Assembly (NCBI GenBank): GCA_964016885.1
Contig: OZ024741.1
Location: forward strand, 340,442,001-340,506,000
Direction of reading: 5' to 3'
DNA length: 64,000 nucleotides
Source: Eledone cirrhosa
Taxonomy: Eukaryota
In this document: in pieces, positions 15,016 to 27,927 of the stretch
Position numbering within the stretch: position 1 is the first letter of the stretch
Layout of the letters: each line of letters starts with the position of its first letter
Translations under genes and position numbers: made by a program
Notes under the pieces: generated by a model
What the model saw: only the letters and a program-made list of their open reading frames with translations
What the model was told of the DNA's origin: nothing
The model's database searches: none

Positions 15016-15545
15016 AAATATAAGTATGTATACGTACATACATATATGTATACAGACGTACAGTAGTATGTATATATATATACATACATGCACACATATA
15101 TATATGTACGTATGGATTCGCCGAACATTTATTATAATGCTCGGTGTGTTTGTAAACAAACATCCCGAATTAAGCCGTAGTGTCTAGCAACCATCGTTGC
15201 TCATTTGTTCAACACTGAAAAAGGAACGCTGTACTAGTTTCAAGCTTATTAGCTATCGTCAGCAACGTATACCTTCCTGCCAGATGATTGAACGTTGCTA
15301 ATAAGCTAATAAGCTTGAAACTAGTACAGCGTTCTTTTGTCAGTGTTGAACAAATGAGCAATGATGGTTGCGAGACACTGTACGTCTTGATTCGGGATGT
15401 TTGTTTACAAACACACCGAGCATTATAATAAATGTTGGGCGAATCCATACGTACATATATATATGTGTGCATGTATGTATATATATATACATACTACTGT
15501 ACGTCTGTATACATATATGTATGTACGTATACATACATATATTTA
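15016..15545. repeat. Fold-back palindrome (arms ~15016-15254 and 15304-15545) containing the 3' half of a minimal hammerhead
   Basis: Arms are reverse complements with scattered mismatches; right arm has GAAA-CTAG-TA at 15317-15326. Confidence 0.85.
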
Positions 15546-15626
15546 AGTAACAGCCGTACTAAGAGTGAGAAATGAAATTTCGTTTCATTTTTTCCGATAT
15601 ACATATATATAAATATATAATATAAG

Positions 15627-17117
15627 ATCAACACGGCTCTCTCAGAACTCATATGGTCCTTGAAAGACAAAAACATTAAATATACCATCTTTTGGAAGAA
15701 GGTTTCTTCTGCATCCTCATACTTGAACAGCTCTCTATCTAAAATCTGTAATCTCTGCCTAAATGAAAAATTTACCATTATCTCTAATCTAGATTCTATA
15801 ATAAATAGATGTACAGATTTGTTTTCTATCTGCCTGCATAAATTCCATAGGACTTTTCACAAAGTATACAGTTAATATTCAATTCTTTATCAATTTAGAA
15901 TCTTTTCTCAAAGGCACATATACATACACCTCTTTAAAATATACCCATCTTCCTACCTTACTTCAAAGGGCATTATACACTCTATAATACTTGTTTACTC
16001 ATTACCCTCTTTCTATCTTCACCTTGTAAAATCCTTCATAACATATACATTTGTTTTTTTGACGTTAGAATATTCATCCGCAATTATTATTATTTTTTCT
16101 CTCTATCATAAAACTTTTTAATCTCAATTTCATCCTTAATTTATTATTTTTTTCTCCCCATCAACGAACTCATTCTTAATACATATTAACTCGTTCTTCG
16201 CACATATTATCAATTCCTTCAATATACAAACTTTAACTTCACATTATTTTTTCTCAAATCCTTCTACACACAAACCTTAATAATTTTTTCTCTTCGTTAA
16301 TTTTGAAATTGCCACAATACTTAACATACACCTTTTTGACGTTAGAATGTTCATCCACAATTATTATTTTTTTCTCTCTATCTTCATACATAAACTCCCT
16401 CTCTTTCCTCGCAAATATTTTTTTCCCTTCGTTAATTTTCAAATTCTTTTAATTTATACATTATCTTCCAACGGTTCTCAACCTCTCTATGTAAAACAAT
16501 ATATCTTTTCTCAGTTATAAAAACTATCTCTTTCTCTCTATTACCCATCTCTCCCTCTCCACTCTCATCTCCTCCCCCTTTTTTCATCCTTTCCACCCCC
16601 CCCCTCCCTAAATAAAATATTTTTTCCTCGTACATATCTTTCCCTTCGTTAATTTTCAAATTCTTTTAATTTATACATTATCTTCCAACGGTTTTCAACC
16701 TCTCTATGTAAAACAATATATCTTCTCTCAGTTATAAAAACTATCTCTTTCTCTCTATCACCCATCTCTCCCTCTCATCTCCTCCCCTTTTTCATCCTTC
16801 CCCCCCCTCTCTAAATAAAATATTTTTCCCAATATCACACATCAATCTAAAACCACTTTTCATATGTTGATTTAAAACTGCACTATCCACAAGTGTTTTT
16901 TAGCCTTCATATCATGTTCTCCTGTTTTATCTGATGAAAACACAAATATTATTGCATGATGATGTTTGTTTTTGAAATGCGCATAATAAAATACATGGAA
17001 CTCCTTTAACCATCTTTTGATCTTATATTATGTATACTCCAGTCCTACAAACTGTAGAGTGCTTCTTATCCGATATCTGCATTGCTTTATTGTACTACAA
17101 TAAAACTCACCTCCTAC
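15627..17117 (+). mobile_element. 5'-truncated Penelope-like element: end of GIY-YIG domain, 3' UTR with internal duplications, pLTR with hammerhead
   Basis: NTALSELIWSLKDKNIKYTIFWKK...CNLCLNEKF..I...IN...LFSICLHK is a PLE GIY-YIG C-terminus; ~200-bp tandem duplication (16426-16625, 16644-16828); ends at a TA-rich tract. Confidence 0.85.
16923..16991 (+). ncRNA. Type I minimal hammerhead ribozyme
   Basis: TTTTAT-CTGATGA(16931)-stem II hairpin-GAAA(16974)-TGCGCA palindromic stem III-TA, cleavage after 16985, then ATAAAA closes stem I. Confidence 0.85.
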
Positions 17118-17626
17118 ATATATAAATATATATATATGTATATCACACAAACATATCTAGTAAGGGAGGTAACCCTCTTTGACTGCTTTTGCAAAACTTA
17201 AAATGTATTTTCAAAACGGTACATAAGAATGAGCTCTGCCAGTTGGACTGGTGCTTTAAGCGCATCTTTCATGCTATTTTCTGGGGTCACGCCTTTTCAA
17301 TTCCGTCTGCTGGGAGGACCATGGAGTAACATTTCTCTGGAGTTTTGCACTTCAGAGAGACAGAACGAGCAAACGTAAGAATATGATAACCTTTCGTTGG
17401 TAGATTAGTGGTGTAACTCTTGATCATGTACATATATACCTAGACACACACATATACATACACACACATAAACATACATACATACACACAAATATTGTTT
17501 CATATATACTTATATAATGGACTGTATATTAAAATGAATTAATCAACTTGGTAGTGCTAGTGAGGACACAAACTACATGAACGTATCCCTATCATCATTT
17601 TTCTATCCCTATTTTTTATGTTTTAG

Positions 17627-17826
17627 ATTGAGTGATGGATTGGTAGTACTGGTAGAACGCCAGACAACATATTTTGAGGCATATATTTACGTTCTGAGTT
17701 CAAATCCTGCCCAGGTTAGTTTTGCCTTTCATCCATATGGGGGCAATAAAAGTACTAGTAACAGACGGGCCAATTTAATCTACTTTCCCTACCCCCAAAT
17801 TGTTGGTCTTGTGCCTAAATAAGAAA
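17627..17826 (+). mobile_element. tRNA-derived SINE of an abundant family
   Basis: B-box-like GAGTTCAAATCC followed by TTTGCCTTTCATCC...; 3' part TTGTGCCTAAATAAGAAAC shared with other copies. Confidence 0.65.
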
Positions 17827-18237
17827 CATTTGTTACAATGGCTCTTAACAGATAGTTTACAGCTGTTAGTTTTAGGTTAGTGAAGGCACATAGCGTAGCA
17901 GTTAAGGTGTTTGTTGGCTCACGCTACTAAGATTAGGTGTCCCAGTGGCATGTTATTTGAAAAAATAAGTTGTACCTGTGGTTCAAAGGACTAGCCTTGT
18001 CACATATGCTAAATCTCCGTGAACTACGTTGATGGTGCATGTGTCTGTGGAATGCTCAGTCACTTGTACATTAATGTCAAAAGCTGGTTGTACTGTTGAT
18101 GAAGCAACTAGTACAATCCTCTTCAGAATTGACAGAAGTCTAACACTCAGATCTAGGTGAATCAGGATTGATGAAACCTATGATCAAAGCCATTCCAAGC
18201 ATGACTATCCTTCCTGTTTAGGAGTTATCTGGGACTA

Positions 18238-18799
18238 TCTAATATATAATGATTGGAGAACTGCGAGACTGTATCAGCGATATTTTTTTCTGAACACATT
18301 AAAATAAATTGGATTACTTTGAATAAATCATGAATGAATATTATGTAATCTATCTACTAAATTTCTCTTGATCAAACATAAATACTCTTATATATGCTTA
18401 TTTTAAGATTCACTTCTTTTAAAATTTTTAAATGTCAACACTTCCGGTTAGTGTCCGTTATATCATAACACTTTGCTGTACGCTATATCACATCACTTAT
18501 ATAAACGTTTATATATTTCCATCGTTATACAACGTTTATATTTCGATCACTAATGTTCTCCTTTGTTGTTTTCATAACATTTCGCCGTAATAAAGTTTAT
18601 ATATAATATTGTCTTTTTTAAATGTATCATGGATTACTTTATTGATTACAGAAGAGAGTGTAACACAGTCTCTCTTCAATTTCTATGCATATTGTCAATT
18701 ATGATTTTATTTGAAGTATCATATCTATGTATAATATCAATATGCACACTACACATGCTAGCAGAAAACCACCCGAAGGGTGTTTTTTTTTTTTGCTTG
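18238..18799 (+). mobile_element. Non-autonomous Helitron (~560 bp) in MRPL43 intron 2
   Basis: A|TCTAATATATAAT 5' end, subterminal AAAACCACCCGAAGGGTG hairpin, degenerate CTTG|T end, no TSD; homologous to both ends of 45008-47807. Confidence 0.7.
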
Positions 18800-19476
18800 T
18801 ATTATCAAATGTATCCTTCCTTGTTTAAAACAGTAAGGTGTGATTTGATGGGAGATTTAGCTTCTATTTCTAGCAGGGCAAGCGACCATATGCATGTTTC
18901 TTTGATTAAATATGTCAATTATTGGACATATTTGATCGATCAGCTGAACTCAAACAAGCTTTGATATTGCTTCAACTACAATCATACTTAAAACAAAGAT
19001 GTTATTTAGCCCTACATGAACCCTGATTGAATCTATGATCAAATGCATTCCAGTTGTGACCATTTAATCTTTTTAAGGACTACATTATCTAAAATATCTT
19101 TTTTATTTATTTCATCCTTTTGTTACCAAACTACTTGAAGCTGGTTCTGTGTTACAAAGCTGTTTATATGGATTTAAAAACCTTCCGTCATAATTTTATG
19201 TAAGAATATTTGTAAATTTATGTTCTAAACACCAAATAAATAATAAGAAAGTTTTATTACTAAATCCCTCCAAATTCTTGAGTATTTTCAAATTAATTGA
19301 ACAATTCTAGGCAGTGTCTTTCATTAGAAAATGGTAATGGTTAAAGCATTTTTATTTATCTAAAAAATCTCCATCATAATTCTAATTATTTGAAAACTAT
19401 AGACAGTCATCATCATCATCATTTTACGTCCACTTTTCCCTGCTTGCAAGGGTGGGACGGGAACTGATTCTGGCTT

Positions 19477-19726
19477 GATTTCTACAGCTGGATGCCCTTC
19501 CTAACACCAACCTCATTTACAGTGAGTGCTGGGTGCTTTTTGCCGTGGCACCTACACGATCACTTTGCAGTGGAATGATAGGGACCACAGTCCCTATCAT
19601 CTCATTTCTACAGCTGAGTAAACTGGAGCAATGTGAAATAAAGTGTCTTGCTCAAGGAAACAACACATCACCCGGTCTGAGAATTGAACTCACAACCTTT
19701 CGATTGCAAGGCCAATGCTCTAACCA
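19477..19726 (-). mobile_element. Composite SINE copy, left member of an inverted pair
   Basis: tRNA-like head TGGTTAGAGCATTGG...GAGTTCAA on the minus strand; near-identical inverted copy at 20864-21113. Confidence 0.8.
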
Positions 19727-19869
19727 CTAAGCCATGTGCCTCCACAGTGCCTTTTAATAAAAATATGTTAAAGGATGGATTAAGATAGTTATGTTGTTTT
19801 TCTTTAGTTGCAATATATTGAAAATTGTCTTGTTTGATGTTTAACAGAATTTTACAAGGGTTTGCTTAC

Positions 19870-19976
19870 AATATTCTGCCTGGAGTTTTGCAGTTCTGTG
19901 TCTTCTGGGCTTTAAGTAAACCACAATGCCTGGGTTTTCACGGGTAAAATCTAGAAGATGATGTTCAATAAATTCT
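19870..19976 (-). CDS. MRPL43: MRPL43 exon 2
   Basis: (R)[35 protein letters not shown](L); CAG acceptor 19979-19977, GTAAGC donor at 19869; phases match exons 1 and 3. Confidence 0.95.
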
Positions 19977-20863
19977 CTGACAGACAGAAGAAAAAGAAGA
20001 ATGTATTATAGACATTACATTGACTCTCACAGTATTTATTTCTGTTAGGGAAGCAGTATAATTGATTAAATAGACATTGGGACATTACTGCTACTTCGAA
20101 GATTCAAAGACCCCATTCGGTCACGAATGACCACGTGATTTGCACCTAGAAAGTTTCCTTCTGAGGCACAAGTCCGGACAAGGTTGTTTAAGGAAGACCA
20201 GCAGTCGCCCATGCATACCAGCCTCCCCTCTTCATGCCACTGATGATGTCCAAGGGAAAGGCTATGGCCAATACAGCTTGGCACCAGTGATGTCGCAACT
20301 CATTTCTACAGCTGAGTAAACTAGAGCAACGTGAAAATAAAATGTTTTGCTCAAGGACACAACATCACCCGGTCCAAGAAACGAACTCACAACCTTTTGA
20401 TTGCAAGCCCAATACTCTAACCACTAAACCATGCCAAATTAAATGAAATTTATAACTCACACCAATGCTGAGTGTTTTAATGACAGGGGGCCCAGTCCTA
20501 TCATGTTATTACAGTTCACACATATGCAGGTTTAGAACACGTCAACTGTCTAGAATTCCCTTTCCATCTATGTTTTTCCCACAGGTGTTGAAAAATCAAA
20601 TGAAATTGACAGCTCATGTACACAAGTTAAGCTGACCTCCAACAAGGTTACATCTCATAGGAGGTTTCTTGTGTTTTAACTCTTTCATTACTGAATTTCT
20701 AATGAAATACACTGCATTTGAATTAATTAATGAAGAATTCAGAAAGATTTACTAAAATCATTAATTATTCCATTATTAAGATGGTATTTGTAACTTAATG
20801 AAAGCTTCTTATATCAAATTATATTGAGATGTTTAAAGTAAGAACATTTCAAAAGGATGATTT

Positions 20864-21113
20864 TGGTTAGAGCATTGGCCTTGCAATCGAAAGGTTGTGA
20901 GTTCAAATTCTCAGACCGGGTGATGTGTTGTTTCCTTGAGCAAGACACTTTATTTCACATTGCTCCAGTTTACTCAGCTGTAGAAATGAGATGATAGGGA
21001 CTGGGGTCTATCATTCCACTGCAAAGTGGTCGTGTAGGTGCCACGGCAAAAAAGCACCCAGCACTCACTGTAAATGAGGTTGGTGTTAGGAAGGGCATCC
21101 AGCTGTAGAAATC
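20864..21113 (+). mobile_element. Composite SINE copy, right member of the inverted pair
   Basis: Reverse complement of 19477-19726 with few differences. Confidence 0.8.
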
Positions 21114-21462
21114 AGACGTAAAATGATGATAATAATACACGTTTTTGTTTATGAATAATATCTAAGTTGAGCCTATAAGCTCCTGGAGGGGAAACAGTGG
21201 ACAGCATCATGTGATGTGATGTCTACTTTCCCCCATCCAGACAATTATCAATATATTGCAACCACAGAACACAACTGCCTTAGCACATTATAATTTTCAA
21301 ATCATTTAAATTATGATGGAGGTCTTTAGATAAATATAAATATATGCTTAACTTATTAGACTCATAGATAAATACTCGTTTCGTTTCTCAACCTACTCAT
21401 GCTTATGGAAGTAAATCTAATCTACATGCCACCACCATAAATGAAACTTAAGGGTCAGTCTG

Positions 21463-21950
21463 CCTTGTGGTCCCAGCCAACAGGATGAAAAAGACGTTGC
21501 CTCGGAGGATGGCGAGGTAGACGTACTAGAACAGCCACTGCACCTTGCACCTGCAGGTAACCAATTTCACTTTGACATAAGTGAGCAGGCATGTGGTCTA
21601 GGGCCCAAGAACACTGGAAATCTCCACTGCCACAGGCTCAACCACAAACCTATCAGTGCCCAATACTTCAACCTGGATGGCAGCGAACACAAGTTGCTGC
21701 TTGCTAGAGAAGGTCTCACATGTAGCATCCCAGATTAGGGGCCTATCCTGCGGAATGGGAAGATTGTCATGCCATCTGGCCTTTTGCCATCCCTTTAGTC
21801 CAGAGAAAGGAAGCCTTCGAGCTGCAAAGGGAAGCCTGTGCCATCCAGGTCACGCTTCATGATCTTGTTGAGAGCCACATGGCATAGGTGACGACCAGCA
21901 CTACAACGGCATGACAGCGGATGGAGACTGAATGAATCCACAGTTGATCA
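21463..21950 (-). mobile_element. Degenerate CRE-type retroelement fragment, restriction-like endonuclease region
   Basis: Remnants of DGKRPDG.TIFPF..D.PLIWDATC, AVE.SSVLGP and WLF...LAILRGN, homologous to 45398-45820. Confidence 0.7.
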
Positions 21951-22793
21951 GTAGCAGCTTCGACTATTTTTAGTCAAAATCGTGCGTCGAAGCTATTAAT
22001 TTTAAGTTAGTTTTAAATTTAAAATTCCTAACAGTTTTGTCTAAAGATAGACAAAACTGATCGTTTTCAAGTGTTTATATTTACCTGAAAATTATCCATC
22101 ATAGTTTTATGTAAGAATCTTAATGTTCCAAACAACAGATTAATGAGAAATTTAGTTATATTGCTAAATCCTTCATTATTTTCAAAATTATTTGAAAATA
22201 ATGGGCAGTCTTACATTGGAAATATAGTAACGAAGTGGTTAACACAAGAAGACAAGATGAATGGTATACATTACCCAATGAAATAAAACGGTTACAAATA
22301 GGAACTGAAACCTGCTGCGAGGTTTAATTAGTGTATTTAGGTGTTTGCCACCACCCCAATCCCATTAACCTGACGAAACTATACCTACAAGGAAAGGAAT
22401 AAGTTGAGAAGCAGGGCCCCCGAGAAAAAAATTTTGCAAAGTCCTCTGAGCACTTAATTTGGTTAAATTTACATTATTACAACCGTCTCGGAGACGGGTG
22501 TAATAGTAAAAAAAATTAGTAATCTTAAGGGTCGTTAGTTTATAAGATTGGTTATAATTTTGGAGGAGAAATTTGTTTTTCTAGTGATTTTTTTCAATGT
22601 TTTGAACGAATAGAACCGTCGTAAATCACTTTTCTGTGGTTCCCACACCGGAGAATTTCATAGTACTTGTCGCAGAGACGGGTGTAATAATAAAAATTTA
22701 CCCCAGGTTTTGCAGTTTGACAATAACAACATTTTAACATAAAACAAAGAAAAACTAAAAGGAACTGTTCAAACAAGAGTGCAAACATCTTAC

Positions 22794-22924
22794 CTCATGC
22801 CAAGACTACCAGCGTGCGACTTACAAAAACACAACGTAATTCTTTGCAGTTGACAAACATGTCGACCAATGCCATTTTGAAGGACGTTCTTAAGAAAGCC
22901 ACTTGGTATAGAAAAACTCGACAT
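22794..22924 (-). CDS. MRPL43: MRPL43 exon 1
   Basis: [43 protein letters not shown](R), typical MRPL43 N-terminus; AG|GTAAGA donor at 22793. Confidence 0.95.
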
Positions 22925-23272
22925 TTTGGTAAATTAGTTCAGGTTAGATTTCCTGTGAATCTTTCTTACCACTGAAGGTCAACATTGAGTCGGTGTCTTT
23001 TAAGTTAATCTACAGCAACACACAATGTATATAGGAAGTTGCATGCGTAAATTATAGATTTTCAAATCGAATATTTAGATAATTTTAATGATAGTTTTTC
23101 TTATCACATTAATAAAAATACCATCTAATTTATAAATATTCATATAGAAGAAAAAATACTATTAATACTTATTGGTTAAAGAATTTATAGGATTATAATC
23201 TGTCTAACACCGCTAAGTCAAGGGGCATAAGCGAAGTTAGTAGTGACAGACGGAGAGTGAGAGGTAATATAA

Positions 23273-23332
23273 GGGCGGGGGTGAAAGTAAGAGGAAGTAT
23301 GAATGTAAAAGTGGGAGTAGGTATCACGTGAC
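23273..23332. promoter_or_regulatory. Candidate promoter motifs upstream of MRPL43: GC box and E-box
   Basis: GGGCGGGG at 23273-23280 and TCACGTGAC at 23324-23332, ~350-400 bp upstream of the MRPL43 ATG. Confidence 0.4.
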
Positions 23333-24454
23333 CTACAAAGCAGACGACATTAAAATATTGATGGAGTTTGGAAAGTTTTTCAATTAATTAAATAAACCAA
23401 CCAACAAAACACTAGCAAAGAATAACACCACCGGTAAACATTGTTATTACTTTTGAAAATTTTTTTTTTTTTTCAATGAATATTATTTTGTATAAGCACC
23501 ATGAAATTTAAAAAAAGTTAAAGTATTGCATATATGTCATATGTTACACTACCCTGATGTTAACCACAATGGTAGAAGTATATTTCTACAATTATTAGTC
23601 ATATGACGGGTAACAGCCTAGTTAATAGAAGGCTGTGGATTCGCAGAATCATTAAGACGTCAGACAGACTATCTTTACATTCTGAGTTCAAATCTCGCCG
23701 AGATCAACTTTGCTTTTCATCTTTTCGGGGTCGATAAAATAAAGTACCAGCGAAGTACTGGGGACGATATAATCGATCCCCCCCCCCAAAAAAAATGCTA
23801 CCCTTGTGCTAAAATTAGAAATCATCATCATCACTATTATTAAAGTAGTGAATGGTAGTTTTTGTTTATGTTTAGTCCAATGGCTCCTCACCTTTTGACA
23901 ACCAAAGGACTATTATATTTTAATGCATTTTTCCTACGAAGCCCCAACTACAATTACTATCCTTCCAGATTGTTATACGGTGATAACAGCAATCAAAAAT
24001 GACAAATGTATATACTTGGGGGTAGATCAAGCCTGCACATGGAAGCACTGGCTGAAAATGTCACCGGGTATAATATATTAGAATTAAAAAGAAAAAAATA
24101 CTAATAACAATAATAATTTAGGGCTCCTGGATGGCTACAGCCCAGTTCGACGCCATCCCGCTATAATTCGCCACTGTTTATATCAAGAGGAGAATGTATG
24201 AACTATATGTAACTCCTGATATTGTTCATGTCTTCTCCAACTTTCTTTATTCGCCACCTCCCACATATGATGAACAGGCGAAACTCCAAAGTAACAAATT
24301 AGCCTTAATAAAATGAATATTTAAACTCTACTATATATATGTATATATATGTAGTAGATGGTATGGCAGGAGATTGCCGTAGAGAATTTTGTTTCGTCGA
24401 GAGGTTTGATGCTTTTTATCCTTGTTAGCATTCGGGTGTAGCAACCATCTAAAG

Positions 24455-24761
24455 TAATGGTTCCTAACCTGGGGTGCTGGCACCCCTAAGGAGTGTGTTG
24501 TTCAGTTCTTAAGGGTGGAAGCAGAGGTCTAGATAGACAACTTTTTTCTTTTTACTTCACATCATTCAGTGTTTCATAGCTTTCCATTTATCTTAACAGT
24601 ATGTATTAAAATTAAATCATAGTAAATTAATTAAATACTAGTTGCTGATAATTTGGCCTGAAAATTCAACTTCTTTTGCCTTGTGTGCCCGGCCCAGGGA
24701 TATGGGATGGAATTTCAAAATCTCAAGGGGTGCCGTGATAGAAAATGGTTAAGAACCACTG
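24455..24761. mobile_element. hAT-family MITE inserted into an RTE remnant
   Basis: TIRs TAATGGTTCCTAACC / GGTTAAGAACCACTG with perfect 8-bp TSD ATCTAAAG (24447-24454 and 24762-24769). Confidence 0.85.
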
Positions 24762-25049
24762 ATCTAAAGCTTTGGTGATAGTTATTGTCACTGACCATGA
24801 TTCACATTAATTCACTAAGATTGATTCCACTGTAGCTTTCAAAATCTAACTTTTGTTTTTGTGGTTATGTGAGTTTTTCACAAGTTCTTGTCATAGTTCT
24901 CGGCTCGCCTTATCGATGTATCAGGTGATGCCTGCGAAGGTGCTTGGTTAACCCAATGCCGCCAATGTGTTGTGTTGGCTTACCTTAGAAACTTCAGCAC
25001 CTCTTGTGATGTGTGACCGAGTCTTCTTCTTTTGTTATTTCCTCCCTCT

Positions 25050-25690
25050 AGAGTGATGGATTGGCAAAATCGGTAGAGCGTCGGACACCATGCTTTGCAG
25101 CATAGAGTTACGGCCTTTTACGTTCTGATTTCAAATTCCGCCGAGGTTAGCTTTGGGTCGATAAAATAAAGCACCAGATATGCACTGGGTCGATTTAATC
25201 GACTTTCTCCAACCACTTAAAAATTGTTGGCCTTGTGCCTAAATCAGAAACCATTATTATCTCCCTCTTATCGGTAGAGCATCGGACACCATGCTTCGTG
25301 ACATAGAGTTACATCCCTATACGTTCTGAGTTCCAATCCTGTCGAGGTTAGCTTTACGGGGTCGATAAAATAAAGCCTCAGTTTAGCACTGGGTTCAATT
25401 TAATCGACTTTCCCCTCTCCAAATTGTTGGCCTTGTACCTAAATTAGAAACTATTATTTCCTTCCCCTAAGGGTGGTGGATTGGCAGTAGCGGTAGAGTG
25501 TCGGACAACATGCTTCGCAGCACCGAGTTATGGCCCTTTACGTTCTGCGTTCAAATCCGGCCGAGATTGGATTTGCCTTTCACCCTTACGGGATCGATAA
25601 AATGAAGTACAAGTAACACACTGGAATGGATTTAATAGACTTTTCCCTCCTCTAAAAAATATTGGCCTAGTGCTTAAATCAAAAACCTAT
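25050..25690 (+). mobile_element. Three tandem copies of the tRNA-derived SINE
   Basis: Units begin ...CGGTAGAG(C/T)(G/A)TCGGAC, contain TTCAAAT/TTCCAATCC and TCGATAAAAT, and end GGCCT(T/A)GT(G/A)C(C/T)TAAAT. Confidence 0.8.
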
Positions 25691-25727
25691 ATTTCCTCCC
25701 CTTTTCCTCTCTATTTTTATAGTACTG

Positions 25728-25752
25728 TATATATATATATATATATATTATA

Positions 25753-25821
<69 letters not shown>

Positions 25822-26053
25822 ATTATATATATATATATTATATATATATATATTATATAGAGAATTAGTATATTTACCAACATATGCGAACAGATGTACA
25901 CTAATGCTAGCAAATACATAAGTTATGTCATAGTACCTAGGTGGTTCAATGCAGGAGGATGCAGAACAATTATATGAAAGACGTAAAGTAAAAAAATTTA
26001 AAAAATTTAAAATTAACTTACTAAAATTTTATATTATATATATATATATAATA

Positions 26054-26110
<57 letters not shown>

Positions 26111-26373
26111 ATATTATATATATATATATTATATATATATTATATATATATATATATTATATATATATATATTATATATATATATATTATATATATATAT
26201 ATTATATATATATATATTATATATATATATATTATATATATATATTATATATTATATATATATATATTATATATATATATATTATATATATATATATTAT
26301 ATATATATATATATTATATATATATATATATTATATATATTATATATATATATTATATATTATATATATATAT

Positions 26374-26407
<34 letters not shown>

Positions 26408-26427
26408 ATATATATTATATATATATA

Positions 26428-26482
<55 letters not shown>

Positions 26483-26500
26483 ATATATATTATATATATA

Positions 26501-26572
<72 letters not shown>

Positions 26573-26839
26573 TATATAATATATATATGTATATATATAT
26601 ATAATATATATATGTATATATATATATAAAATATATATATGTATATATATATATTATATATATATGTATATATATATATATTATATAATATATATATATG
26701 TATATATATATATTATATATATATGTATATATATATATATTATATAATATATATATGTATATATATATTATATATATATATATATTATATAATATATATA
26801 TGTATATATATATATTATATATATATATATATATTATAT

Positions 26840-26870
<31 letters not shown>

Positions 26871-26886
26871 TATATATATTATATAA
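25728..26886. repeat. Long interrupted (TA)n microsatellite
   Basis: Direct reading; the YI-repeat ORFs here are artefacts. Confidence 0.95.
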
Positions 26887-27672
26887 TCATCATCATCAAC
26901 GTTTAACGTCCGTGTTCCACGCTTGCATGGGTTTATATTCTGCCAGAGATGCCTACTGGCTGGAGTAGGTTTTACTATGTATTTAGGTAAGGCGGGTCTT
27001 CTCTGTTACTGAGTACCGCCAAAGGTCTCGGTCCAGTGACATTGTCTTGGAGAGGTGTAAGTGTGTGAGGTCGGAGTTTATCAGCTCGTCCCAGGTTTTT
27101 CTAGGTCTGCCTATTCCGTGGCTACCGTCTATCTTTATTGCTCTGCACTTTGTTATACAGCTATCGACTTTCATGCGCATCACGTGTCCATACCAACGTA
27201 GCCTTCTCTCGAGTAAACAACATCTGATCCCTCTTATCTCTAATTTTTTCCTTAGTTCGTTTATGCTTTGCCGTTCACGTATATTACTGTTACACATCCA
27301 GCGGAGCATGCAAGCTTCGTTCCTCTCTAGTCTGCGTATATCCTCTGCACACAATGCCCAGGTTTCACTGCCATGCAACATTGCTGTTCGTATGCAGGCA
27401 TCGTACAACCTGCCTTTCATTTTTAGGGAGAACCCTTTAGCAGCTAATAGTGGTATAAGCTCTCTGAACTTTTTCCAACCAGTTCTGACTCTAGCTACTG
27501 TACTTTCAGAGCACCCTCCCCACTGCTGATTTTATCGCCCAGGTAACGGAAGCTGTCCACTATTTCTATAGAACCCTCTGCGCAATTGAAAGAGCTAGTA
27601 TTTTGTGGGCACTTGCTGCTACTTATTGCACCAGAACACCGGCCACATGTAAAATCTATGTTCTTAGTTAGC
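26887..27672 (-). mobile_element. 5'-truncated RTE-clade LINE
   Basis: ORF 26983-27420 KGRLYDACIRTAMLHGSETW...RRLRWYGHVMRM...GRPRKTW; 3' tail GGACGTTAAACG(TGA)n. Confidence 0.9.
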
Positions 27673-27727
27673 TTATATATATATATATATATTATATATA
27701 TATATATATATATATGCCCTATCCATA

Positions 27728-27927
27728 NNNNNNNNNNNNNNNNNNNNNNNNNNNNNNNNNNNNNNNNNNNNNNNNNNNNNNNNNNNNNNNNNNNNNNNNN
27801 NNNNNNNNNNNNNNNNNNNNNNNNNNNNNNNNNNNNNNNNNNNNNNNNNNNNNNNNNNNNNNNNNNNNNNNNNNNNNNNNNNNNNNNNNNNNNNNNNNNN
27901 NNNNNNNNNNNNNNNNNNNNNNNNNNN
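27728..27927. other. Assembly gap of 200 N
   Basis: Run of N. Confidence 1.

Noticed and set aside
14982-15159. N-terminal part of the 158-aa ORF 14683-15159
   Set aside because: Intronic read-through into the fold-back repeat; the true exon starts at 14981
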